64,000 nucleotides of DNA from the NCBI GenBank assembly GCA_016748015.1, contig JAAOMT010000128.1:1185538-1249537 (forward strand), in the 5' to 3' direction. The translations under genes and the position numbers were made by a program. Below, piece by piece: positions 11,750-23,069 of this stretch. Source of the DNA: Geosiphon pyriformis uo1 (taxonomy: Eukaryota; Fungi; Glomeromycota). The notes beneath the pieces are model-generated. The model saw nothing but the letters and a program-made list of their open reading frames with translations, had not been told where the DNA came from and did no database searches. Position 1 is the stretch's first letter, and each line of letters starts with the position of its first letter.

Positions 11750-14700
11750 ATTTTTATTATAAATTTAATAAGTATGACCCAACTACTATTTAGAAATTAG
11801 AACCAAACTAAGTGATCTAGAGCTAAATATGATTCACATATTTACTATATGTAACCAGTTATTCAAGCCAGTTCAGACTATACTATGTTGATGCATTAAA
11901 AGAAAACTTACTCAAAGAAGACATCTTTTAAACAATCTTAAATAATATAGCACTATTATTAACCAAACCAATTAATTACTCAGTCATTTTAAAGGCATTA
12001 GCCTTTACAGCAGCAGATTTATGTTTCCAAAAAAACATCAAATTAGAAAACATATTATCATTAAAAGATGACAAACTCACATGAGAGCCAAACATATTAA
12101 TGTTCTTAAAACTATATTCAGCTTTCAGAGCAACCACTTTCCATTCCAACTTACCAATAGCTTTGCTAAAAATACTTATGTAAACCAAAACTTTATTGAC
12201 TTTGAAACCAAGAGCAGAACTTGAAACCAGATCACTATTAACAAATTGTTCAAAAACTTTAACCATAGAGCCAACAGGCTTAACAATAGATTCAACCAAA
12301 ATAAAAAGCTTGGCCAAATTAAATTCTAAAAATGCCAGCTAAGAAAACACCAAAAAATCTTCAACAGCCACAGAAGAAGCAAAAGCCACCAAAAGAGGAA
12401 ACTCAGAAAGAACAGAAAGAACAGATGCTTTTACATAAGACAAAAAACTGATGAAATATGGTTTAAATATATTGAAAGCCTTAGAAGAGAGAAATGAAGC
12501 AACTTTGCAGTTTACAGCCAAATGGTTTATCTTTTAACACCAAAAACAATGCTGGCAATCAAGAGTTTCCTACCAGATATGGCACTTTTTTAGTGTACCA
12601 GTTTTAATAACAGCAAAATCCAAATTAGCTTGGGAGCCAAATGTAACCAGAGCAAAGCAAAGATGACAACCAGAATCAGAAGACTGAAGAATAAAACAAG
12701 TTTGACCACCAATCTAAGAAATCATATCACTGATTTCAAAAACAGTACAGCCAAGAGGAAGATTAACTAACTTGGCCCTAAACCTATCATGAAACACAAT
12801 TGTTTCCTATTGATTCATGAAAGAAAAAATTTGAACACTATTTTTGCTCACCAAAACCAATCAGTGATTGAGAGCAAATACAGCAGCATCCAAATTCTTA
12901 AAATAAACAACAACATATTGCCAAATACCAGCAGGTTTTGACTAAATGTGAGAAATTTCACTAAAGACACTAAGAACTGTCTTAATATCAATAGTAGATA
13001 CATCCAAAAACACATTGCACAATGTAATAGCAGCAGAAGAGAAGCCAGACTCAGAAACCACCAAAAACTTGACAATTTTAAAGTGACAAGGCAAACAGAA
13101 CTTGTAAGTTCAACCAAAAATGCAGCATCCAAAGAGTTTTGGGAAGCAAACTCTATACAGAAAAGCTTTACATTGTCTTTTAAAACAGACTTTGCATCCA
13201 AAAAACCATGCACAAACTGAAAAACAGTCATAACATAAGCCAGTTTAATCTTAAAAGTAACACTAAGCACCAAAGTAGAGGCCACTCACTCAGTATATCT
13301 TTGACAACTAGTAATAGTTTCCCAAACACCACCAGAAGTAGCACCAGAAATTAAAGGAAGAAATAATTCAATATCTATTTGGTCAGCCCAGTTTTCAAGA
13401 ACAGGTAACACCATAGAAGATGATTGTTTTGCTTCTAAAACTGATGATAATCTGCTAGAAAATGCCACATTTGACAACACAGCCAGTGGTTGATCTTGGC
13501 CTATCTTAAATAACATACCAGATGATGCAACAAAGATTTTATTTAAAATTTTAATTGGAACCACAAAGGGGTTTGGTGTAACAATAGCAGAGACAAACAA
13601 CTGTTCTCACTTTTTTGAACTTTTGGTCTTTTTGACTATTTTTTTAAAGAGGAGGTGCTAGAAGCACTAAACATTGTTATAGATGATTATTTGGGGTCTT
13701 AAATCAAATAACAAATTCACAACTTGGTGCTCAATTAATATAATTATGTTGGTTTCTGAAGGTTTTGTTGATCTGAAAGTTTTGTTGTGGAGTTTTTTGT
13801 ATAATGAACAGAGATTTAATGATGATATTGCTGTTGTTAGTAAGTTGCTTTTCCAATTTTTTTCTCAGCTTAGTGGCTAAATTTATTCTAATAGTTATGT
13901 CTTTCTGGTAAGCTATTCATTAGTATATATATAATTCTACTCTTATTTCTGGGTCTTTTATCAGGCTATCTATGACATCAATAACTTTAGTGCTTAATCT
14001 TCAATCAATTAGTAAAACAAAAGAATAACAAAGAAAATAAAAGAAAATAAGAAAAAATGAGTCAAGATAGTTGTAAGTTAATATTCTGTCAATAGCCATG
14101 ATCAAGAGCTATTGTTCTAGTGTGGTTAAGTATCAATTACTATCAACATGAAGTGTTGATAGTGTAAAGTGGATTTAAGATAGAGAATAATTATTTATTG
14201 GTATTTGTAAGTTGAAAGACTATTTAGATTAAATCTAAATTGAGAGGTCTGTCTTTTCTATTTCTAATGCTATTGATATATATACATAATTGAGATTTCT
14301 TAATTTCTCAATTTTTCACATCAGGAATCCTGCAATTTCTGAAATCCTGCAATTCCTTTGAGAGGAATTCTGGAATTCTGGAATTCTGTGATTCCTTGTA
14401 CAAAAATCCTGAAATTTCTGGAATTCTGCAATTCCTTTAAGAGAAATCTTGAAATTTTATATTTACTATGACTACTTCTGATTGGTTAATTTATATGCTA
14501 ATATACTTTCTATATTCTATAAGTAACAATGTTGAAGCTATAGAGGAGAATACTAATTTGTTAATTAGTCTATTATTAAACACTTTTGGGCTCTTAGTAG
14601 AAGTGGAAGCAATACTGAAACTAACCCAAGTGTGTCTCTTTGAGGGAACTTTGACTGGTAAAAAACCAGTTAAAGATGAGAAAGTTGCTTCAGTAGCTAC

Positions 14701-14905
14701 CAAAGACAGCTTTTCATGATTATTAAATAAAGAAAAGGCTTCTAAAACGTTTTGCCTAGTTGTTTCTATTACAGAAAGAGCTTCTCTGGTTGAAATTTTA
14801 TTAGATATCTTAGAAAAGATATCAGTTACAGCTTTTTTACTCTTGCTCTGGTCATGGTCATGAAATTAAGAAGGCAAAGAATCCAAAAAATCTTTTTGTT
14901 ATTAT
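11750..14905 (-). mobile_element. ORF1-only non-LTR element (HAL1-like) with LINE 3' tail, interrupted by solo LTR 13675-14528
   Basis: One decayed reading frame runs from ~14861 to 11883 with RRM-like repeats and a CxxC-x4-H-x4-C knuckle homologous to LINE ORF1. Its stop is followed directly by the ~120-bp LINE 3' tail and an A-rich end. No APE or RT sequence is present. Confidence 0.75.
13675..14528 (-). mobile_element. Solo LTR of Gypsy family A (854 bp)
   Basis: It is colinear with 7322-8147 and has TGTTAT...GTAACA ends. Flanks are ACAT/ATGT, consistent with an ACGT TSD after CpG decay. Removal restores the host frame SIAST-FSASSTSSLKK. Confidence 0.88.
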
Positions 14906-15137
14906 TTTTATTAATTAATTAAAAAAATATTAATTTAATTTAATAATATAGTTTTAATTTTGATTTAACTTTATTTTTTGTGTTTTTAATAAAATTGAAT
15001 TGTCTTTTTTTATAAAACTTATAATAGGTTTGTTTTTATACAAAAAATAAATAATAATAATAATAATTTTTTTATTTTAAATATTTTGTTTTTACAATTT
15101 TTTTGCTTTTTCAAATTTTAAAGTAAATTATATATGT

Positions 15138-15756
15138 TGTTACGGGATGGTTTTCTTGTTATATTTAATTGCTGATATCTCACTTTAATTGCAATCAGTT
15201 TTTCGTGAGTTCCTCAATTCTATTTGTGTGATAATGTCACTTGTTACACTGAAAGCTTTCTTTTTACTGTTGCGATGTAAGTTATTCTTTAATTCTTGAT
15301 TGTTGTGTGTGTTTATGTACTCCTTCTCAGAGGCTGAACTGAAATCTACCCACTGTCTGGGGTCTTCTCTGAAGCTATCCTTGCAATTGCCTGATGTGTT
15401 TCTCTAATCTAGAAACACAGAATGTTAATGGTCTTTAGCGCTTTTCTAATTCTTACAATAAAGCTTTTATCAATTAGTAACAACGTGAATAATCTTGATC
15501 AAGGATTATTCTTCCAAGGGATTCAGTTGATGAATGATAGTTTTATTCAATAAATAATACAAGTAGGTTTCTTAATACTTTGGGTTGTGATAGTTCAGTT
15601 TTAAATATTCTTTTTCATTTCTTTTTGATTTTAAAGGTTTCTTGGGATATTTAATTTGAAAGTATGATTTAAAGTGGAGTTTGTTGGATAAAATTGGATC
15701 TATTGCTTGATAAGTTATGATTTTTATTACTTGATTGATTCTTTCCCAATATTAAA
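15138..15756 (-). repeat. 3' LTR of Gypsy B (visible part; remainder in gap)
   Basis: It starts TGTTACGG after ATGT, and 15552-15756 matches the right-hand LTR. Confidence 0.8.
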
Positions 15757-16701
15757 NNNNNNNNNNNNNNNNNNNNNNNNNNNNNNNNNNNNNNNNNNNN
15801 NNNNNNNNNNNNNNNNNNNNNNNNNNNNNNNNNNNNNNNNNNNNNNNNNNNNNNNNNNNNNNNNNNNNNNNNNNNNNNNNNNNNNNNNNNNNNNNNNNNN
15901 NNNNNNNNNNNNNNNNNNNNNNNNNNNNNNNNNNNNNNNNNNNNNNNNNNNNNNNNNNNNNNNNNNNNNNNNNNNNNNNNNNNNNNNNNNNNNNNNNNNN
16001 NNNNNNNNNNNNNNNNNNNNNNNNNNNNNNNNNNNNNNNNNNNNNNNNNNNNNNNNNNNNNNNNNNNNNNNNNNNNNNNNNNNNNNNNNNNNNNNNNNNN
16101 NNNNNNNNNNNNNNNNNNNNNNNNNNNNNNNNNNNNNNNNNNNNNNNNNNNNNNNNNNNNNNNNNNNNNNNNNNNNNNNNNNNNNNNNNNNNNNNNNNNN
16201 NNNNNNNNNNNNNNNNNNNNNNNNNNNNNNNNNNNNNNNNNNNNNNNNNNNNNNNNNNNNNNNNNNNNNNNNNNNNNNNNNNNNNNNNNNNNNNNNNNNN
16301 NNNNNNNNNNNNNNNNNNNNNNNNNNNNNNNNNNNNNNNNNNNNNNNNNNNNNNNNNNNNNNNNNNNNNNNNNNNNNNNNNNNNNNNNNNNNNNNNNNNN
16401 NNNNNNNNNNNNNNNNNNNNNNNNNNNNNNNNNNNNNNNNNNNNNNNNNNNNNNNNNNNNNNNNNNNNNNNNNNNNNNNNNNNNNNNNNNNNNNNNNNNN
16501 NNNNNNNNNNNNNNNNNNNNNNNNNNNNNNNNNNNNNNNNNNNNNNNNNNNNNNNNNNNNNNNNNNNNNNNNNNNNNNNNNNNNNNNNNNNNNNNNNNNN
16601 NNNNNNNNNNNNNNNNNNNNNNNNNNNNNNNNNNNNNNNNNNNNNNNNNNNNNNNNNNNNNNNNNNNNNNNNNNNNNNNNNNNNNNNNNNNNNNNNNNNN
16701 N

Positions 16702-17333
16702 TTGTTCTTGTGATTGTTCAATATTTTGTGCTGCTTTTCTTCTTTTGTTTTCTAAAGTTCCTATTAATTTGTATGTTCTTCTAAGTAGTGTTTCCTGGAA
16801 TGTTGCTTCCGTGATAGTGTCACTCAGATAAGTTGGAATAGTAAGTTCAACGGGTAATATGGCTTTTCTTCCATAAACTAGTTCGAACGGTGTGAATTGT
16901 GTAGTATCTTGTTTTACTGTTCTATATGCTAGTAGTACTGCTGGTATGAACAAATCCCATTCTTTTTCATGTTCGTTACTAATTTTTGCCAGTGATTTGC
17001 ATAATGTGCAATTAAATCTTTCAACTAATCCATTTGTTTGAGGGTGATATGGTGATGACAGTGGTTGCTTGATTCCAAATTTTTGGCTAAGTTCTTTTAA
17101 GGTGCTGTTTACAAAGTGTGTGCCTTGATCTGATAGCAATTCTTGTGGACATCCATGTTGGCAAATTAAGTCTTCATGTACGAATTGAGCTACGGAAATA
17201 GCATTAGCTGTTTTAATAGCTCTAGCTTCTGGCCATTTGGTGAGATAGTCCATGGCTACTGCAATATAATGGTTGTTTCTTGTTGTTATTGGTAAGGGTC
17301 CAACTAAATCAATTCCGATTCTGTCAAGTGGCT
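16702..17333 (-). pseudogene. Gypsy B integrase core (partial, between gaps)
   Basis: IGIDLVGPL...DYLTKWPEA...SDQGTHF...SPYHPQTNGLVERFN...TPFELVYGR. Confidence 0.92.
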
Positions 17334-17602
17334 NNNNNNNNNNNNNNNNNNNNNNNNNNNNNNNNNNNNNNNNNNNNNNNNNNNNNNNNNNNNNNNNNNN
17401 NNNNNNNNNNNNNNNNNNNNNNNNNNNNNNNNNNNNNNNNNNNNNNNNNNNNNNNNNNNNNNNNNNNNNNNNNNNNNNNNNNNNNNNNNNNNNNNNNNNN
17501 NNNNNNNNNNNNNNNNNNNNNNNNNNNNNNNNNNNNNNNNNNNNNNNNNNNNNNNNNNNNNNNNNNNNNNNNNNNNNNNNNNNNNNNNNNNNNNNNNNNN
17601 NN

Positions 17603-18482
17603 GGCGGTAGTAAGATGCGAGTCCTAAAAAGCTTCTAACTTCTGAGACGTTTCGAGGTACTGGAAAATTTTTCACTTTGTCTATTTTTGATGGATCTGGT
17701 TTTATTCCATCTTTTCCAACTACGTGTCTTAAAAATGCTAGCTCATTTTTCCCAAAGAAACATTTTTCTAGATTTAGTTTAAGTCCAGCGTGTCTCAATC
17801 TCTTAAAAACTTGTTGTAAATGTTGGAGATGATCCGTGAATTTTGACGAGAAAACATTTGTATCATCCAAGTAGACAACAACAGATTGCCACAGGATTCC
17901 GGAGTAAATTACGTCCATTAGTCTTTGGAATGTCGTGGGAGTGTTTGTTAATCCAAATGGCATTATATTGAACTCATAATTGCCATTTTGTGTTGTGAAT
18001 GCTGTTTTATGCCTGTCCTTTGGGTCCATTTCCACTTGCCAGTACCCACTGGTCAAGTCCAGTGTAGAAAACCATTTTGCTCCTCCAAAAACGTCGAAGA
18101 TTTCGTCAATTAACAGTATTGGGTATGAGTCTTTGGTTGTTTTGCTGTTTAGTTTGTGATAGTCAATGCAAAATCTAATTTTTCCGTTCTTTTTCCTTAC
18201 TAAAACAACTGGTGAGGACCATGGGCTCATTGATGATTGTATTATTCCTTTTTCCAACATGCTTTGGACTTCTTCTCTGATAAAATTATGCTCCATTGGT
18301 GGGACACGGTAAGCGCGTTGTTTTTCAGGTCTGGCGTCTCCAGTGGGGATTTGGTGTTGAACCAAGTTGGTTCTTCCAAATTCGCCATTTCTTGAAAATA
18401 TATCAGAGTATTTTAAAATTAATGCTTTTAATTGTCGCTGTTGGTCGGGATCCATTGTTCCAATGTTTAATTTGGCCAATTC
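17603..18482 (-). pseudogene. Gypsy B reverse transcriptase (open in the visible part)
   Basis: SPWSSPVVLVRKKNGKIRFCIDY, LDLTSGYWQ, MPFGLTN, YLDD, FLGLASYYR. Confidence 0.93.
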
Positions 18483-19404
18483 NNNNNNNNNNNNNNNNNN
18501 NNTCTTGTTGATTTATTGATTGATTTTAAGACTGCTGATTCTCAATTTCCATTTTTCTTTCTAAGTCCCTTTCGTCTTGACACTCTTCACAGCACTGACT
18601 TTGGCACGGGATGAGACAGTTTTTGCAGAGGTAAGTGTTGATTTGGGCGAGGTATTGTTCTTGCTCTTGTCGAGTGGGGCATAGTTGTTGGTAGTAGTCC
18701 TGGAATTCGTCTACTGGGTCGAACATGTTGTAGCTGGTGACTTCGTCGGCTACTTTGGCTGACTCTTTCCAACGTCATATTTCTTCGGCGGTTCCTCCTC
18801 TTACTTTGGCTTGTGCGGTGTTGTACAACTCGTCCTCATCGTGTGGGTAGTGCTGTAGTCTTTTTAACGCTCTGTTGAATGCTGCTTCGAACGGCGTTTC
18901 TCCTCTTACCCAGTCACAGATGAGGATCGTGTATTGGCAAGTTGTGTCACACGTTCTTTCTCTGCCTGGTAAGTCATTCCAGTCACACTCTCTTGGTAAC
19001 GGTTCTCCACAAGCGAGGCACGGTTCCTCGTCTCATTTTCCGTGTCTTTCTGGGTAACCGTATTTTTCTTTGTTACAATGGTTACAATAGTAGTGGGTGG
19101 GGTTTCTTGGGTCTTCGTCCGGTGTGCTGCACGCAGTCATAGACGAGAGTTTCTTCTTGCAAACCGAGCATTCTAGCTTTGGTCTGCGTCGCTGGTGGTT
19201 TCTTCGTGAACTTACCTGGTTCCATTCGGATCTTTCTTCACTGGTCTACGTTGGTACGGCTGGTAGTCCTGTTCTTTGGTCATCAGCCCAAGAGAGCTAA
19301 TAGGTTTCGATGGCTGGTAGTGCTGGATTTTCCTCAAATTCGAAGGTAGGTCTTTGGTTGGCGCTGGGTTTTTGGAAGTGGCCACAGGTGGCTGGAATTT
19401 TGGC

Positions 19405-19881
19405 CTAGTGGCCATTATAATTGATCAGAAGCTCTTGGGTGGTCCAGTCTAGAGTGGCGTTGGCTTTTGTTAGCCAGTCATTCCCTACTAACGCTTGATA
19501 TTGTGTAGCGTCCATTACTAATACTTTTGTAGGTATTACTATGCCATTAATTTCGAAAGGGAATGAGTCGATTTCGCCATAAGGCAGCTTTGTACTTCCA
19601 TCGGCTGTTATAATTTGGGACGTCGCAGCACGATCAACTTTGAAACCCAGTTGGTTTACTAGTTGAAGCGTTACGATGCTTCCAGCGGATCCGCTGTCTA
19701 AGATAAGTTTAATTGGGGTATTGTTTACAGTGGCTTCTGTATACATAGCAGTGATTGGGCGTTTTTCGTCCAATGCTGCTCCACTGAACATAGTCTCGTT
19801 TTCCTCTAATTCAAAAGGAAAAATAGCTGTGAGGCTGCTATCTTCGGTGGCAACTGCTGGTGGTATTGTCTGGCTCAATTT
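19405..19881 (-). pseudogene. Gypsy B aspartic protease
   Basis: PIKLILDSGSAGSIV...ALVGNDWL. Confidence 0.9.
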
Positions 19882-19901
19882 NNNNNNNNNNNNNNNNNNN
19901 N

Positions 19902-20200
19902 TCCTTAGATTCAATGGTATAAGGCTTTTCTGAATTGTTCTGTAGCAAAACCATCAAATTTCCAGTGTATCCGGAGTCAATTACTCCTCCTTGAACGTTT
20001 ATTCCTTTTTTCGCGAGGCTTGATCGTGACGCCATTTGAACCATTATTCCTGGCGGAATTTCAACCGCTATTTTTAGGTCAATTTTGGTGATGCTCCTGG
20101 GTGGTAATGTTGTGGATTGGTCTTCTGAATAACGTAGATCAAATTCGGTGTCGGTTGGATGAGCTCTTTCGGGTATTATTCTTAAGTGCCCGTTGTCGAA
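19902..20200 (-). pseudogene. Gypsy B dUTPase, N-terminal part (motifs 1-3)
   Basis: RAHPTDTEFDLRY...VQMASRSSLAKKGINVQGGVIDSGYTG. It directly follows the end of the Cys-rich domain in this contig piece. Confidence 0.88.
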
Positions 20201-21360
20201 GTATCAGATGTCAGTCACCTGTTCTAGGTCGGTATAGGCTACAAATTTTTCTGACTCGGGACCGTCAGGTGAGTCTTGTTGATTTATTGATTGATTTTAA
20301 GACTGCTGATTCTCAATTTCCATTTTTCTTTCTAAGTCCCTTTCGTCTTGACACTCTTCACAGCACTGACTTTGGCACGGGATGAGACAGTTTTTGCAGA
20401 GGTAAGTGTTGATTTGGGCGAGGTATTGTTCTTGCTCTTGTCGAGTGGGGCATAGTTGTTGGTAGTAGTCCTGGAATTCNNNNNNNNNNNNNNNNNNNNC
20501 CACTGAACATAGTCTCGTTTTCCTCTAATTCAAAAGGAAAAATAGCTGTGAGGCTGCTATCTTCGGTGGCAACTGCTGGTGGTATTGTCTGGCTCAATTT
20601 GAAGGAATTCTTGGTTCTGTTTATGTTTCTACCGTCATTGTTTCCAATGATCAGGTTTTCTGGTATATTAAGGTAAGTTTGTTGATAATTTTGGTAGTTT
20701 GGATTGGTTTGCTGATTGGTTCCAGCACGGTTTGAATTCCTCTGGACCAACGCGTTCTGATTCCACATGGGCTGATTTCGGGCCTCGGGACGCCAATTCG
20801 GGTTGGCTATCATGGGCTGTTGCTGGTAAGCTCCTTGATTTTGATACGTGGTGGGATATTGGCATGGTATTGGCGTGTACTGGTTTTTGGGCATTTGGGA
20901 TGGCATGTAGTAATTATTTTCGCGTGCTTTCTGCATCATTCGCGTTCGACATTGACTAATCAAATGTCCTACGCGTTTGCAAAAATGGCAGGCACGTATT
21001 TCTGTTCTGAATTCCTGGCACGACGAGCGATTATTTCGACTGTCGCTGACTTCCTGGCTGCATCTTTGGGGTGGTTGGTATGTATTTTTTCTCGGATCCG
21101 GGATGAGGTAACTTTCTATTTTCTTAGAGAGTTCCTCCCCTAATCGCGTTACTCTTTTCTCTAATGTTTCTGTCTTATTTTCCTCCATTACCATGTTAAC
21201 CATTTGACTATGGTTAGCTTCTTTCTCAGCCGATTCAAGGGCTCTGGCAAGTGTAACGGCTTCTGGTAAGGAATTAGGGTGGGCAGGGTGTACTCTTCCT
21301 AAAATGCTGCTTTTTAATCCTCTAATAAACTGATTTAAAACCTGAGGATCAGTGTAGTAT

Positions 21361-21379
21361 CTGTCTCTTATACACATCT
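21361..21379 (+). other. Nextera/Tn5 mosaic-end adapter sequence (assembly contamination)
   Basis: Exact CTGTCTCTTATACACATCT at the junction of two non-adjacent element pieces; it translates as MCIRDR on the minus strand. Confidence 0.97.
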
Positions 21380-21732
21380 CTTCAATTCCTTTTCCTGTCA
21401 ATCTGAAACCAAAAGTTCCTCTCGTTGTTTGTGACAATTTCTCACGATTTTCCACTGGCACGAATTTCCCAATTTTTACCAATGGTAGGAAAATTGCTTG
21501 TGCAATCTTTTCCTTAGATTCAATGGTATAAGGCTTTTCTGAATTGTTCTGTAGCAAAACCATCAAATTTCCAGTGTATCCGGAGTCAATTACTCCTCCT
21601 TGAACGTTTATTCCTTTTTTCGCGAGGCTTGATCGTGACGCCATTTGAACCATTATTCCTGGCGGAATTTCAACCGCTATTTTTAGGTCAATTTTGGTGA
21701 TGCTCCTGGGTGGTAATGTTGTGGATTGGTCT
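21380..21732 (-). pseudogene. Gypsy B dUTPase, overlapping duplicate piece (motifs 2-5)
   Basis: SRSSLA, GVIDSGYTG, KIAQAIF, RGTFGFRLTG. 21511-21732 duplicates 19902-20123, probably an assembly redundancy. Confidence 0.8.
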
Positions 21733-23069
21733 NNNNNNNNNNNNNNNNNNNNTAACGGCTTCTGGTAAGGAATTAAGGTGGGCAGGGCGTACTCTTCCTA
21801 AAATGCTGCTTTTTAATCCTCTAATAAACTGATTTAAAACCTGAGGATCAGTGTAGTATCCTTGTTCAATTGCTTCAATCTGATGGCGAATTCGATTGAA
21901 TCGAGCAAGGTATTGGGTGACAGTTTCACCGGTATTTTGCTTGATAGTATTGAATTCGTTCTGTAGTTGGATTACGGCATTTGGGTCGCTAAAATACTCC
22001 AGGAGTGTATTTTTAAATTCGGCGAAGCTCGTGGGTTTTGTTTCCAGGCTTTAATACCACGAGTTGGCTGTGTCTTTCAGGAAGAAAGGTAATGTTTGAA
22101 TTGCTCTTTGGTCATTCCAGTTATTTGCCTGGATGGCTTTTTGTGCTTCTCTGAACCATGTGTGCACATCCGTTTCTTCTTCCTCTTCTGAGAAATCTGT
22201 TAGTCTTGCAATGTATGGTGTGGTCATTTCGTTGCCGTTTTCTGCTGGTGGGTTTATTGGTCTAAGAGGAGGTGGGATGATATTTCCTTGAGCATTCCTA
22301 AAGGTGGCTTCCCTTATNNNNNNNNNNNNNNNNNNNNGGCGATTTCTGGGAAATTTAGAATTTCTTGTGGTGTTGACGCATTTTCTAGCTCCGTTCCGAG
22401 GTATCCAATGATGGTATCTTCCGGAATGTAGACGGGTTCTTCTGTGGTGTTTGCGATAGGAATTTTTATCCATTGAGCTTTATCAGCTGGAATAAAAAGG
22501 TTAGTAAGTCCTATAAGAAACTGTTGGCAAGTTTCTGGGTAGGGCTCAAATATTAGGTCTTTTTCTTTAATTGTCCTTTTTATTCTTATTTCTGATTTTC
22601 TATATGGTAGGAGTGTGATGGACCACTCATTTTTAATTACTTCGCCTTTTTCCTCNNNNNNNNNNNNNNNNNNNNNNNNNNNNNNNNNNNNNNNNNNNNN
22701 NNNNNNNNNNNNNNNNNNNNNNNNNNNNNNNNNNNNNNNNNNNNNNNNNNNNNNNNNNNNNNNNNNNNNNNNNNNNNNNNNNNNNNNNNNNNNNNNNNNN
22801 NNNNNNNNNNNNNNNNNNNNNNNNNNNNNNNNNNNNNNNNNNNNNNNNNNNNNNNNNNNNNNNNNNNNNNNNNNNNNNNNNNNNNNNNNNNNNNNNNNNN
22901 NNNNNNNNNNNNNNNNNNNNNNNNNNNNNNNNNNNNNNNNNNNNNNNNNNNNNNNNNNNNNNNNNNNNNNNNNNNNNNNNNNNNNNNNNNNNNNNNNNNN
23001 NNNNNNNNNNNNNNNNNNNNNNNNNNNNNNNNNNNNNNNNNNNNNNNNNNNNNNNNNNNNNNNNNNNNN

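Larger units (their letters stand above)
20600..22480 (-). pseudogene. Gypsy B gag (fragmented by mis-assembly)
   Basis: NNWNDQRAIQTLPFFLKDTANSWY, QFIRGLKSSI, and the CCHC knuckle CHFCKRVGHLISQC. Confidence 0.85.

Noticed and set aside
14320-14458. GAA/TTC repeats as heat-shock elements
   Set aside because: The spacing does not give three contiguous alternating nGAAn units; only isolated TTCnnGAA pairs are present.
7322-14528. Two similar LTRs in direct orientation that could bound one element carrying 8148-13674 as cargo
   Set aside because: The PBS and gag lie left of the first LTR, and the second LTR has its own TSD and interrupts a continuous reading frame. They are independent insertions.
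11745-14915. TSD TAATAAAAATAA around the ORF1-only element
   Set aside because: The match lies in low-complexity AT sequence and could be chance, so it was not used as evidence.
15669-17638. Long ORFs (350-508 aa) in the track
   Set aside because: They are mostly N-gap translated as X; only the integrase part is real. The same applies to 22615-23172.
19902-21732. Tandem duplication of dUTPase and other segments in Gypsy B
   Set aside because: The near-identical pieces are bounded by 20-N gaps and an adapter, so this is assembly redundancy.
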